This document shows, one piece after another, positions 50,237-63,650 of a stretch of DNA of 64,000 nucleotides; position 1 is the stretch's first letter, and every line of letters begins with the position of its first letter. The notes beneath the pieces were generated by a model. The model was not told where the DNA came from, did no database searches, and saw nothing but the letters and a program-made list of their open reading frames with translations. Source of the stretch: Amphiscolops sp. MND2022 (Eukaryota); contig OZ076409.1 of assembly GCA_964187785.1 (NCBI GenBank), positions 69,566,001 through 69,630,000 on the forward strand, given 5' to 3'. The translations under genes were made by a program, and so were the position numbers.

Positions 50237-51238
50237 TGTAACGGCAAGCTCTGGTACAGCAATATCAACCGATTTTGCAACTTTGACATGTTCAGAAATT
50301 TTGTCAAAAATTCTAATCCGATGTGTGACGTGGCACTGAGCATGTGATTGCTCTTTTCGCTGTTTCCACGAAATTGGCAGGTACTTCGACAACAAAGAGC
50401 AAGAACGAGCAAAAACACGGGCGCGCCGCCAGGACAGAAGCCAGAGACGGCAAGAACATCCGAAAATAGACTCTTTTTGAGGTGCTAACACCGGTTTTAT
50501 TGATTTTCAGCATTATGCTACCCTATGTAGCGGAAACTGTAAAAATGAGTCTTTTCGCCTAAAGATCCTTGTTTGGTGCTTGGAGTCCCTGCGCCCCAGC
50601 TTTTTAGCTGTGTGGTTTGCCATATTCGTGCCTGTTTTCATGTATTTTCAGTGATTTTGGCTGTATTCAGTAGCGCTAGCGCTAGTTTAGATCTTATTCC
50701 CCAATTTTAGACCTTATTCACATGTCACCCTGGAACTGGAAGTTTACCTTATTCTTGGCATTGTTTTTAGTCGGCGTTTTTCTTAAGAAAAAAGCCCGAC
50801 TATTACAGTCACTCGTTTTTTTTCTTTATGACAGACTCGAAGCGACGAACGTTAAAATTAACGTTCAACTACTAAATAAGTACTAAACTACTGGACCTCT
50901 AAAGGCAAACGGGGAGCGCATTCATTTACTTTTTCAACGTTACATACAAGCCCGGACGGGACTAAAGTTTCGTACCCCCCCCCTTTCGATTTTTTTTATA
51001 TGCTAGTTAAGCGGTGGTCTTTAGAGAGTCAGAAAGATGCCCGTTACTATTAGCAATCAAAGACTAGGACCGGTTGGACAGTATTCGTCGAAGCACCCGC
51101 GGCCCCGGGACGTATTTCACCCCTGGAGGCAAAATGGATCTGTGGCGATGGGCGCCTGTCCCGAGCGAATCACCCATTCCTGCAGGTTCCTCCACCTCTG
51201 TTAACGCGTTAAGCGACCGATAACTGCTTGCCGTTACA
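50237..51238 (+). repeat. 3' LTR, interrupted by a 229-bp insertion
   Basis: Matches 43357-44133 on both sides of the insert. Confidence 0.92.
50769..50997 (+). mobile_element. Truncated DINE-1/HINE-like element inserted in a T-run of the LTR
   Basis: Absent from the 5' LTR; matches the first ~235 bp of 53460-53949. Confidence 0.8.
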
Positions 51239-53269
51239 TATTGCTGTTTTATCGTGTCTTACATTTACTTATGAAAGGATTCCCGCTAGAGCAAATTCAG
51301 TTGTCAACGATAAATCAGTTTTTATGAGCTGTTTACGCGGTGGTTGCAAATCCCTGTCCAATTCCCGTGATTCTTAGCAGTAACAGACTGGTATCAGGCC
51401 CGAGAGCATCCACTGAGACGGTTCCCCTCAACGGCAACCCTTAGGAGGTAAAATGAGCTGGTGTCATGGTGGTTTTTCCCGGACTATATCCATGATACCG
51501 GTTCAAAAAATTACACTAATTGACTGGATTACGCACTTATGCATTCATACGGACTTTGACTAAATTACGCAATTTTTCAATACACAATTTGACTGAATTA
51601 CGCTGTTTTATTAATTACGTGGTGTAAATTAGTCAAATAGTGTAACACAGTAATTAACTTGACTTTACGCGTCTTGTGAGTCATTGGATACGCGTGTAGT
51701 GCACGTAAATGTCACGAGTTTATGCGAATCTAGTTTTGCACGCGTTTCACGATTACACCCCGTGAATTTCCACCATAACTCTACTCCAACTCCACACACC
51801 CTAACATGGCCCTGCATGAATCATATGAATTCGCGGGTTCCGCAACATTGTTCAATTCCAGGCATGGAACCATTTGGTTCCTTACGACACTTTCATGCTG
51901 TTTCAATGCATGGGGTCATACGTAACCGTATGATATAATGCATGAAATTGCAAGGGATCATCAAAAATTCGGAGCCGGATGGCTATGTACCCTGAATTTT
52001 CATATCGCTCGCAAAAGCAGTTGATCAATTTTTAGTTCAACATTTCCACAAGTCAACGACTACTCATTTTTTTCCTACTAGTCAAAAAATTTGTTTTCGT
52101 GAAGAATCACGCAAGAAAACTGTTTCACGCGATGACAATCAAAAATCGAGTGAGAGAAGCTTGCGCAAATACCAATTACAGTCATAAATTTTGGAATGTA
52201 CGAACACATCGTTTCGTTCGTTAGGAACTGTTTTTATATACTTGGGGGACGTGTCCGGACTTTAACTTAGTCAATAAAATACATCAGAGCTCTGAAATGA
52301 TAACGGGAGAAGGAAATTTTGTCGTATCAGCAAATCTGGCAATGGCGTCGTCAGAAATCTCAGTCGGAAATTTTGTCCTATTTAATAAATTGAAAGAGTT
52401 TCCAAACAAGACGCCCGCTGACCAGCAGGATATTTTCCGTTCAAACTGTTCAAGCAACTACATACTTTTGACCATTTGCACTATGAAAACGCGTGGAAGT
52501 TTCATGAGAAAAGTTTCGACATTTGATTGATGTAATCCCATTTCAGAACGAAACGCTTCAAGAACACACTGAACACCTGTGTCGGCCTGCGCGGATACCA
52601 AAATCTAACCAACTAATTGTTCCATAATATTGCATGGAAAGTCACTGAATTTGGAGTTTGTGAATTCTTGACAACTTTGTGGTAACTTGGGGCACTTTTC
52701 TAAGAAACTGCAGATATGTCTTTCCAAAAGCGCCTACTGGATAACTGGATAACGGATGGATTCAGTCGTTGTTGAAATACGCAATTACTCCAAAGCTTTA
52801 CTAAAAAGTATATGAAAGATTCAAAAACAGAAAATTTTGGATTTTTCGATCATTTAAGTCGTTCTTACAAACTTCTTACATAAAAATTTGTAAACTTCTT
52901 TTTTTAACATTCTGCTTGCCTATTCAAAAAGTTTAGAGTTTTCGATTTTTCGAAAAATTGGGAACTTTTATAAAAAAGTTACTAAACTGTCAAACAACTG
53001 CCAAAATTTGATTTTTTTTACTGATTTGCAGTCATTTTGAGACTATTTTCCAATGTGAAATTGCAATTGACGTTTAAAGCCTTATCGATAACGCATTTGC
53101 TCGCTGTTGAACGTTTTTAAGCTGCAAACCATGGAAACTCGAAAAAGTCGAAACTTTGCATAAGAAACATTGAATTTGGATGTTTTCATTTCCGAATTCG
53201 AGGTCAATTTTAATGTGTTTTTGACGCAAATAATAGCATCGCTTCAAAATAGCGTACTATATAGCCAGT

Positions 53270-54027
53270 TCGTTTTTGAGTGTCTGGAACCTTCTAGCCA
53301 CAGAAAAAAAAACGAAAATTGTACACAAACTGCAAAGAAATGGGTTTTTGAATATTTGTTTCGTTTTTGAGTGTCTGGAACCTTCTAGCCACAGAAAAGA
53401 AACGAAAATTGTACACAAACTGCAAAGAAATGGGTTTTTGATTATTTGTTTCGTTTTTTAGTCGGCGCTTTTATTAATAAAAGAGCCCGACTATTACAGT
53501 CACTCGTTTTTTTTTTCTTTTTTTAAGACAGTCTCGAAGCGACGAACGTTAAAATTAACGTTCACCTACTAAAAGTACTAAACTACTGGACCGCTAAAGG
53601 CAAACACGGAGAGCGCATTCATTTACTTTTTCAACGCTACATACAAGCCCGGACGGGACTAAAGTTTCGTACACCCCCCCTTTCGATTTTTTTTTCGGCG
53701 CTGTGAGATTTTTTTTTCGAATTTTTTTTAATGTCCCCAAAGGGTCCCCCCTTTGAGTTTTTTGTTATTTTGCTACAGAATGCGTGTTTATAAATCAAAA
53801 AGGGTCCCCCCTTTTACATTTTTCGGCACTGTGCGACATTTTCCGAAAGAAATTTTTTTCCGAAAATTTCAAAGTTTTTTTCCAAAAAAAATGTTTTGCG
53901 CTTTTTGAGCCTTAGATATAGCGCCGACTTGAGGCGTTCTCGTCTTGTTAGTGTCTGGAACCTTCTAGCCACAGAAAAAAAAGAAAATTGTACACAAACT
54001 GCAAAGAAATGGGTTTTTGATTATTTG
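53270..54027 (+). repeat. ~91-bp tandem repeat, 3 copies, split by the HINE-like element
   Basis: GTGTCTGGAACCTTCTAGCCACAGAAAA at ~53280, ~53371 and ~53951. Confidence 0.9.
53460..53949 (+). mobile_element. DINE-1/HINE-like (Helentron-associated) non-autonomous element
   Basis: SubTIRs AGTCGGCGCT (53460) and AGCGCCGACT (53920); partial inverted copy at 53483-53492; 3' hairpin GAGGCG-TTCT-CGTCTT; T-rich ends. Confidence 0.7.
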
Positions 54028-57000
54028 GGGTGAAACTGAAGCAGATTTCTTATAATAACTTACGTCTCCTTTTCTCAAAAAGCCTTCTGGACATCATGTT
54101 TGAATGTTGATGAGACGTTTCAAAGTTCAATTTTACAAACTCTTTCGGATTTTTGAAAAAAATGCGTTTGAAAAAATGCGTTTATAAACTTTGGACATTG
54201 TATAAATTTTTAGGACAATATGAGGCGGCTTTCGAACATGAAACTGCGATTGATTTTCACAAAGTCTACTCTATTTTGCGTTTGTTTTCTGAAAAACGAA
54301 AATTAAGAAATTTCGGAAATAACTAGTTTTTCTACTACTTTGGGTCATTTTGAGTTATTGTTATACCTAAAAAATAACAACCCTTTTCTTTCAAAAGGCG
54401 TCGTGCTGCCTAGCTTGATAAAGGATGTTGAGCTTTGGGATTGTCTTTCTCACGAAAAGTTTCACAAACAATCACTAAAATCATCAAAATCAGGAAAAGA
54501 GACACATCGAGACCTTTTCCAAACACAAAAAGGCAAATAATAACAAAAGTCAACAAGATATCAACTGCAATATCCACCAAAAGTCAACGGGATATCAACT
54601 GCAATCCTTGTTGAACCACTCTACTTCCTTAACTCCCGAAACATTTCTGAATTTTATCAGACGTTGCACAAAAACATTTGAAACTTTGAATTTTTCTACT
54701 TCTTTCTCACTAAGGCCGTTTTGAAGTGTTTCTGATGTAAAACACCAAATTTGCGCATCATAAAGGATACTGCAAACCTAATTTTTCCCCTTCGGTTGTT
54801 TTCAACCTTCTAACCCGCAAAACTATCAGAAATTGTACTCAAATAACATGAAAAGCTACATAAACTGGAAAATTTTCGACTTTTCGGAAGATTTGGTGTC
54901 AAATAGAAGAATCTTTTCAATCAAAAAACTGCATTTATACCTTCAAAGTGCTTAATAGACACGAATTTCAGTAACAGTTGTTGTTGAGCGGTGTCAGAGT
55001 CCTAATCCAGGACAACGTTCAAATATTTATAAAAATTGCATTAGAAAATCAAAAAATGTTTAAAAAACTCTTTGACAATTTTGGGGACTCTGTGGCAATT
55101 TTTTCCCACATAACTGCATCCTAATACCAGACCATCCTATTGTTTGTTCGTTTTTGAACGTCTTCAATGTTCTGAACCACGAAATCTCGTGAAAATTTGA
55201 CAAAAGTTGCATAGAAGCGTGAAACATCGATAAATTTCTGATTTTCTGCTTTTTCAGTCGCAATTTGTGCCTTTTTTTGGAAAATGCATTTATTTCTTCA
55301 CACCAGCCTCTAATGACAACGAATTTTTTCCTTGTTGAACGTTTCCATTATTTCAAGCTACCATAGTTTTTGAAGGTTAGACAAAATTTGCATGGAAACT
55401 TTGATAGTCTGGACTTCTTGGAATTTTTCAATTTGATTCTGAATTTGATGCCTTTTTATTTAAAAAAATGCATGTTTCTCTTCAGAGAAGCCTCTTGGAC
55501 GTCGAATTCTTTCCTTGTTGGACGTTTCCAACATTCTAAGTTTGGAAGTTTTTCAAAAAATTGACAAAAAAACTGCATAGAAACTTTGAGGCATTTTTTC
55601 ATTTACTTTTGAGATCTTTTTGAGTTAGAAAAGTGCAATTATCGCTTCATAAAAGACTACTGGACAATGAACCCCAATCTGGTTGAACGTTTTCAACATT
55701 CTAATCCACGAAGTCTATCGATTCTTTGACATAATTGCATGAAGACGTTAAAAAGCGAGAAATTTTCAAATTTTTGGATTTTTTGGTCATTTTTGATCAT
55801 TCTGGGGTCATTTTGGTCATACCCAGAAGGTCCAAAGATCTCTACAAATACATATCACACGAAGCTAAATTTATGTGAGTTGAATTCTATGGGTGAAGCC
55901 TTCTAACTTGGATATAAATTTGGAACATGGCAAATTTTGCGAAAAAAACCTCTTGATTCAAACATTTTCCTTTCTCATATGGAATATGGGCGGAAGATAA
56001 TAAAAGTGGTTTTCGTGTTGGCGTGATTAGAGTTGCAAATTTTCATTTTTGTCTGCTCCTCAACAAAAAACCGGATAACTTCATCAAGTTTCAAAGGTGC
56101 ACCAGTAGGCTCTAATTGCTATTCACATTGCACAAACCTTGATATGACAAAATCGGCAACGCAGAGGAACAAGCTTGAGCGAAAATTTGATATTCCGTTT
56201 CTTTCTAGACCGCGTGAAATGAATTTTTTGTCACGATTGGTGTCAAAAACCATTATGAGGATCCTTTGCCTATGGTGCTACATACTCTAAATTGAGCGAC
56301 AGTATCAATATGATTTGTAATCTTTACATTCGTGTACAGGCATATACAACTGTCAACACTGACAGGTTGAAATCCATTTTTCAATTTATTTCACCATTAA
56401 CAAGCTTTCTCCTCGTCATTAAGAATCTTCATGCTGCTTTTCCTTGAGCGGAAATGCTACGAGGCAAGCATTCATTATCTATTTCATAATTTTTGTTGAC
56501 AGACAGAGTAATGTTTGTTGTTTCTCCCTGACAGGTTAGTAATTTATTTGTGTGTTTGCGCCGAACATATTCATCAACAGCGTTTGCTCCGAACATAACC
56601 CCATCTAAATATTCTGTTAGACTACTGGACATTGCTAGACTCTCGTATCTTCTGTACTCTCGTATGATTAATGAGAGTGTCTGTCTCCTCATTTTGTTTC
56701 TAACCTTATATTAATTTTGCTTTACTTCTATCTTCGACTAGAAGGCGGCTATATGAACAAAATGTAAGACTTGAAGAGATTCGTAAAACCTAGTGGTCGC
56801 CAATATATTTCCTATATTTGCAAAGAAATGTTTGCATAATTTAACGCTGTTGTTCGAATAGGTTCCTCAAAGGCTTCCATTCTTTTTCAAACGTCCTCAT
56901 TGAAATAGTAGGTTTTGCAAAAGCATACTCATCAGTTTTGACTGCAAGCATCCAAATTTTGGTCTACAAGCATCGTTACTCGAGTAGACGGTAAGAAATA

Positions 57001-60000
57001 TCAGCATTTCCATTTGCAAAGCTCTCAGCGAACGGTGAATTTGTAAACAATCGTTCACTTTGTGTCATTAGAAATGTTGCCCCTAGCTGCTAAAATGGAA
57101 GAAATAGTAAAATAACATAGAAATATAATCCAGTGGGTTGCCTTGGAGTTTTGGGGCTAAAATTCATCGAGCTTCAACCCCCAAGCCTTAAAATTTTCAA
57201 TTCATTGTAGTAGCAGCAATCAGAATTGAAGTTGCTTCATTTACTTACCTCAAAGAACTTGTTGTTTCCTTCGACCAAATGGGAAACCCCTTCAATTTGG
57301 ATGTGGGACTACTATAAAAAATTTCCGACTGAGTTAGGAACCATCCACAAACGAGCAAATGAGAGCTTTATTAACGAGTGCCATCAGAGGAGTCAAAAAT
57401 CTCACCCGTACTGCCACTCCACCGCAGATCACCGGTGACCACCGGTGGAACACCAGTGACAACCGGTGGAGGCAATTTTGGATTATCACCCTGGTTGGAA
57501 CTGTTTCAACTTTTTTACCAGATTTTCTAGGTTACCAAGCTAATTTTTCAAGATTTTATAAAAATCAAAAGGAAACTTCCATGCATCAAAATTTCACTGC
57601 TGCAGTGTAAATTTATCAAGCTGCCTATAAGATGCATCTTAAATTTAACGGTAGCCCGAGACGCGAAGTTTTGCAGGTTTCATTAGGACGCAGTGCTAAG
57701 TTTGAAAGCAATTGGGACCTTTATCAATTTCACCGCGCTTTCAGTGCAAAATGTTACATTTTATGTTTAAAAATAGCGTCATACTCAGCGTGCTATTTGA
57801 CTAACGGTGATTATATAAGGTACATAAGGTACTTACTTCAGAAACTTACGTGTGAAAACAAAGTGATTGCGGCGGTGAAGAAGTGGAAATGTTTTCAGTT
57901 TTAACTCAAATAAAGGAAGCTGCATTGTAATCCTACAAAATGTTTCCAAGTATGCTCCCTGAATTTTCCATTTTTTGTCAAAAAAATTAGTCTGCATGAT
58001 TCCATGCAGCATGTCAAGGGTTCAAGCAATCTGGACTAGGGTAGTTACATTTTCCTGCCACCGATGGATTTTTTTTGAAAACAGGAGTTGTGAATTCTGG
58101 AAGATTATTGAAAACGTTATTTTTTTGATTGTCATTATTTCATTGTGGAACCCGGAGGTGCGTTCAATTTTCAAAAAGTTACACCTGAAGCATAAAGACA
58201 ATTTTGGCACCGCGTGTCCGCAAGCCGCGATGTAGGCATTGCTGCAGAACAAAGATAGCTAAGGCAAAACAGACAAAATCGAAGAGCTGATAGCGCAGAG
58301 GTAAATGCTGGTCTGTCAACAAAATGATCACAGTTTCGCATCACGATTTTCCAATATTGTGTATGCATTACAAAATATTCCCACCGGTGGGCCACAGGTG
58401 GACTACCAGTTGCCACCGCAAAAGCTGCGGATGCCACTTCAGTGGTCCACCGGTGGGATTTCGGTGGATAATCGTTGACCACCGGTGGACTGCGATTGGT
58501 TTGACTCTGAGGGCTGGACTCTGAGGATCGACTGAATATAAAATCAGAGAAGTTCATTGGTAAACTCATTGGACTCTTGAGTTCGCTGGGGAAACTTTTC
58601 AAAACGTTTTCGTATTTTACCAAAAGGTTTTGTATATTTATTTCACAAAGCGTCTTAGAATCAAAAATCTTTCCAACTTTGATCAGACTTACAACTGTAA
58701 TTCTTGTTTTCAAATCAAAGAGAAAATTTATCTAGAAAAATTAATCTAGAAAAGTTATATCACATGGCATATTTGTGAATTTTGGCACTTTCTGAAATAT
58801 ATCATGCATTATCTTGCAAACCGTTGGTCATAGAGAAAAATCCCAGGTCCAAAGTTTGTACCTTTGACTCTGTCCCCCACGTTTTGTTTCTCATACTTTT
58901 TCTGAAAATGCCCTCTTTAAGAAATTACATCTTAAATTATCACAAGAAGAATTGTTAATTTCTAGAAATATCAAAAATTCATCAACAAAAATCAAAAATT
59001 ACCCAAAAAGGGCGAGAGAGGAACAGTAGTTCTCCCTTAGATGCGTACACTTCGAATTTCACTTCTTAGAAATATTGCTTCGACGGAATTATCAGAAGTT
59101 TTGTCTAATCTTTTTATAGGAGAACTTTCTCACAAAAAGTGGTAAATGTGAAAGTTAGAGAACAGTGTTAAGACTACCGAACTGAACTATATAGGTTTGT
59201 TCTACTGACCAGTAAGTATCGAGATAATGCGTAAAAGCTAAAATTTTGCAAAAATCTAACGTGATGCAAGTTTCTGAATTTTGAATTGATTTCAAAACGA
59301 AAAGTACCGTTGTATTTGTGATCAGGATTCGAGAGATTTTTGCTTTGAGACTTTTTCTCGATTGGATATGAAAAAAAAATAAATTGCGCTTTCGCCTGCA
59401 ATTTTCGCTTTTCGGATTAGCATTTCAGAGGATTTGGTGCTTTTGTGACAGCGAAAGGTCGCCAAAGCATGAAAAATATGCTAATAGGGAACTTACTTTT
59501 TGAAGTAGGGCGAATACAGGATTTTACATTACTGCTGTCAAATTGCTCAGTGTTTTCCCAAAGGCTAGGCTTTTAACCACCTCACTCTGAATAAATCTCG
59601 TCCTGTGAAAAGATTGAAATTTATATCAAGTTTGGGAAGGCTGAGAAACATATCATCCTAATTGTTATAATGTTTCCTTTCTCAGTAGAACATTGTGAGT
59701 TATGTTATTTGGGCACATTGATACAGCCCATTTTGAATTCGCCAATGCTATACGGCATCTGAAAAATGATGCTGTCGCTACTGCATTGGAAATTTCGTAT
59801 GCGCTTTCTCATTTATTCTTCTTAATGTCTGATTTCAAAAGCAAAACGACTGATTCGTTCGTCAACACAACTAAAATTTATTGTGTAAAGGTTTGAAACC
59901 AATCAATGCTAAATGGGTTGCGAACGGACCATTAAGATTTTAATGCTTTTTGAATCAAGCATCATAGTTTTTTTCTGGCCAGAAATAGTTGTGCATTTGG

Positions 60001-60242
60001 AAAGAAGTTCTTGGTTCCTTTTTTAAAATCTGTGGTGAAAGATCAAAAACAGATTTTGGAAAACTGTTACCTCGATGGTTGGAATAGGCTATCATTTTGA
60101 CTCTTTCTTGAAGAAAAGCGATTTTCAATTTGAGATGTCAAGATGTCGTTACAGTTTGGCACGTATTCCAAAAACCGAGCAAAGACTATAAAACAATAGA
60201 GAATGCACTGACATCGAAAACGAGCTGAAAAAAGTTGTTGCG

Positions 60243-63065
60243 TGGGAGTGCAACAATCGCAATAAAAAAACAAAGGCTTGCTAATATTCTATTCTGTATC
60301 GTATGAATGTAAAACGTACAAAAAACAGATAGGCCTTGCATTCAACTAAAAGTTTATGACAGGTACTGAACTCTCACGTTGGTCACCTGAAGAGTTGAAC
60401 CTAATTGATGACATCAATCACATTCCCCCTTCACTGATGATAGTTCAAACAAAATTTAACATATCAATACAATTACAACAATTACTATAATTTTACCGTA
60501 GTAGCAACAGTGGTTTCGTTCAGACGAGTTTCTTTCAGACGGTTTTTCCGCATCTAAGCTCTACCTCTTCTACAGTAATTCTCTTTGTTTACTGTACGTC
60601 CTGCAACAATTAAAATGTTATTTGAATTTCGTAGCGTAATATACAGTTAACCGATCTTTTTTAGTAGACTTTGTTTTTGTGTGTTTCGTGGTTTTTGTAT
60701 ATGTTAATGTTTATGTTTTCATTTTGTTCAATTTTTAATGATTCAGTATTACAAGTTTGGTCTACGACCGAAATGGCATTTGGAAACTCTTCGGTCGCGC
60801 ATCTGGCTTTCTCTAGTTCCTCTGATATATGTACTACGTGCATACGAAACGTTTGCTCCGGGGGATTCGTCTTTTCTGCTCCTTATTTGTTTCTTTCTGG
60901 CCCCTCTGAATACTGGGTCGATTTCTACCGGGCTCATTAGTAGTGAGAATATAGTCCATCCATTATATTCGCCAGTGTGTGACGGCTGCTTCCCTCAACA
61001 TGCTCCATCTGTTTGGGCATTTCTTCTGTTGCTTGCTGATCCTTCGATCCAACTGTCATCTGCAAGAAACGGCCATCTGGTCCCTCTGCGTCTGCTCCAC
61101 GTCTCGATAGGGGGTTCTAAAGTGTGCATGTTACCGATTCACTACCGATTCGTCTCCGGTGTAATGTTTCATTTGAGCCGGTTGTTATTGTGCCTTTTGT
61201 TCGAGACACCGCTAGTTGTGGCTTCCTTCCGTACATACTTTCAAATTAATCGCGTTTATGTATCTTCTCGTATCTTCTCTTTTTGTATAGTAACATCTAT
61301 GGTAAAAGCGTTGCATTTATCCGCTCTAGTGTTTCCTGGTACGCCGTTTATTATAATGTAGAGTTACATAAAGTAATTGACTATTTTCCAAAAACTGTTT
61401 CACATAGGGATGCTGCTTGCCACCTACCATAGCGATCGATTGAGCTTGATGTGTAAAATTTTCGGTGCGTAACTCTAGTTGATCCCATTAATATCATATG
61501 GATTTCTGGCTTTGTTTTCCACCGATGGTAAATAGTTTGCTAATGTCATTGATATTTGAAGTTAAGGTTTCTACCTTACCAGCCATTTTACAAGGTATGC
61601 ATTCGCCGCAAATTTGTTGGATGTCCTTCCTCTTCCTCATTATGTTTTCTTGTACGTAACTTGCCCGTCTTATGTATGTAACGCACACCGGTTGTTCCCA
61701 GGTATTTTCTTGAATTTATTGCTGGCACATCTATTGGTTCATTCGAGCTGTTTGACACTGTTTTTATGCTTTGTTGTTCCGTGATCGGTACTGTGCTAGT
61801 GGTGCTCCCTGGTTGCCGTTGTTTGAGAGTGGCGTGCTCTGAATCACCCTGAGTATTTCGTCACGTCAGTAAATTTATTTTTCGAATGTCCTTCTCGAAT
61901 TAAGAGATATAAGGTTGAGAAATGGTAATGTCAACGCAATTAACTGCTTTTTGGGTTGTTAGCAACCAACTGACCTCGTTTAATTCGTTGCTTTTTGACT
62001 TCAGTTCGTTTTTGTATCTGTTCTTTGATTGGTGGGTTTTTGTTAACGTTTTTGTGTTCGATCGGTTGCGGGTCTTTCTTTTGTGATTTGTCGATGCTGC
62101 CAGAGTTGTTGCGGAACTCTAATAATGGTATTATGCAATTAAACACGTAATCGTCGTCGTAGTTAGTTTTCGATCAGTTCTGGGTTTCATACTGAATTTT
62201 TGCTTAGATAATCTGATAATCCCTGGCATTTGCCTGTGATGAATTTCATTTTGATGTCGAAATGTGCTAGTTTTTACAATCTTCTTGTTATTTTCCGCCC
62301 ACGTAAATGGGGGAGGAAATTCATGATCTGTGTTGCGTTTTTTTCCAAATTCTGCCAAATCTCCTCCCAGTTTCACCTCACTTAGAGTTACGTGACTATT
62401 CTAGTTATTAGTAAAATCTAGTGACCATGGCGCAGTTGGTAGTGCGTCTGCCTGTCTGCTGTGTTACTTTTTCAGTGGAAAATATTCCGGTGCTTAGCGG
62501 GCGTCTTGTTAGCCTTGCACTGTTTGTTCTGTTTGATCAATTCTTCTTTATAAGTGGCTCAAATGCTTAATGGTTTGTTAGTAGTTCAGTGGGTCGTCCG
62601 TAGATATAAATTCATAAAATGCTCTAGTCACTATACTACTGCGAGCAGTTTCAGTTCGTTCATTGCGTTTTTCTGTTCTACATCCGATAAACACTTACTT
62701 GCGTACCCGACCGACTTTAAACTTTCATCTTTTTGTCTCTGCCATAACGTTGCCCCAAGGCCCTTCGTGCTCGCATCTGTTGTTATATTCTCGTAATTTG
62801 AAAATTTGTAATGCTTTTTTTAGTTTGTTGAGTGTTTGGGCGTGTTTTTTTTTGTTTCCCATATTGCTCTCTGTGCTATGTTTTATGGGAGTGAAACAAT
62901 AATAATACCGAAATAATTGCTTGATAATATTCTCTTCTACATCGTATGAATGTAAAACGTACAATGAACAGAAAAGCCTTGTATTAAACTAAAAGGTTGT
63001 GACAGGTATTCAACTGCCATGTTAGTCACCTGAAGGGCCGAACTTATTTAATGACATCCATCACA
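60243..63065 (-). mobile_element. Very old Gypsy relic: integrase remnants between two diverged LTR stubs
   Basis: ~180-bp direct repeats at 60243-60422 and 62886-63065, both starting TGTGA on the minus strand. PPT AAGGGGGAA abuts the left one. Contains DIQQICGECIPCKMAGK. Confidence 0.7.
62421..62452 (+). other. tRNA-like 5' head (SINE-like fragment)
   Basis: GTGACCA-TGGCGCAGTTGGTAGTGCG places an A box at position 8; no B box. Downstream sequence at ~62480 resembles 42326-42356. Confidence 0.35.
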
Positions 63066-63379
63066 ATATTGTTCGGTAATTCGATAAGGATGACACTTTC
63101 TAGATTTCTGGCACTGTCTGTGTTTTGCATTCCATCATATAGCTGCCTCGCTGTGGTACAGGTTTTTCGAACAGAGTCGATGAAGAGTGAAGCAATGTAG
63201 TTTTAGTCGCGTTTTCGAAGAAGCGGCTAGTTTTTTTTCGTTAGTTCAACTCGATCGGTCCACTTTTTTTATTCATTTGTTCAACGTCATCAGCTTGAAC
63301 TACGGACGTCCAAAACATACTCGAAACGCCAGAAGCTCGTCCGAAACAAAAACATCGACGTCCAGAACCTCGAAAACAT

Positions 63380-63650
63380 AGGATCCCCTTTGGTGTCTTT
63401 CAACCGGATTTTTTTCGGCACTATGCGGTTTTTTTTTGAAGTTTGTTAGACTCCACCAAAGGGTTCCCCCTTTGTTTGTATCGATATTTTGCAACACAAT
63501 GGATGTCAAAATATCCCCCTTTTTACATTTTTCGGCACTGTGACACTGTTCAAAAACGTCATTTTTATTTTTCACAAAGCCCAAAGGGTCCCCCCTTTTA
63601 CAATTTTGAGCCTTAGATATAGTGCCGACTTTGGACGGTCCCGGCTTGTT
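63380..63650 (+). mobile_element. Related HINE-like element, 3' part
   Basis: Shares AAAGGGTCCCCC, TTTTCGGCACTGTG and TTTTGAGCCTTAGATATAG.GCCGACTT...CTTGTT with 53700-53949. Confidence 0.65.

Larger units (their letters stand above)
43357..51238 (+). mobile_element. Non-autonomous LTR element (LARD-like) without gag/pol
   Basis: LTRs at 43357-44133 and 50237-51238 with a 13-bp terminal inverted repeat TGTAACGGCAAGC...GCTTGCCGTTACA. PBS-like TGGCGACCACAGAGGGAT at 44149. Purine-rich tract at 50221-50236. Flanks share only TAT. Confidence 0.88.
52380..56010 (-). repeat. Diverged inverted copy of the AT-rich repeat found at ~26900-32250
   Basis: TTCCGCCCATATTCCATATG.GAAAGGAAAAT (~26915) is reverse-complemented at ~55965-55995. 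The 32150-32190 segment is reverse-complemented at ~52415-52451. Confidence 0.7.
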
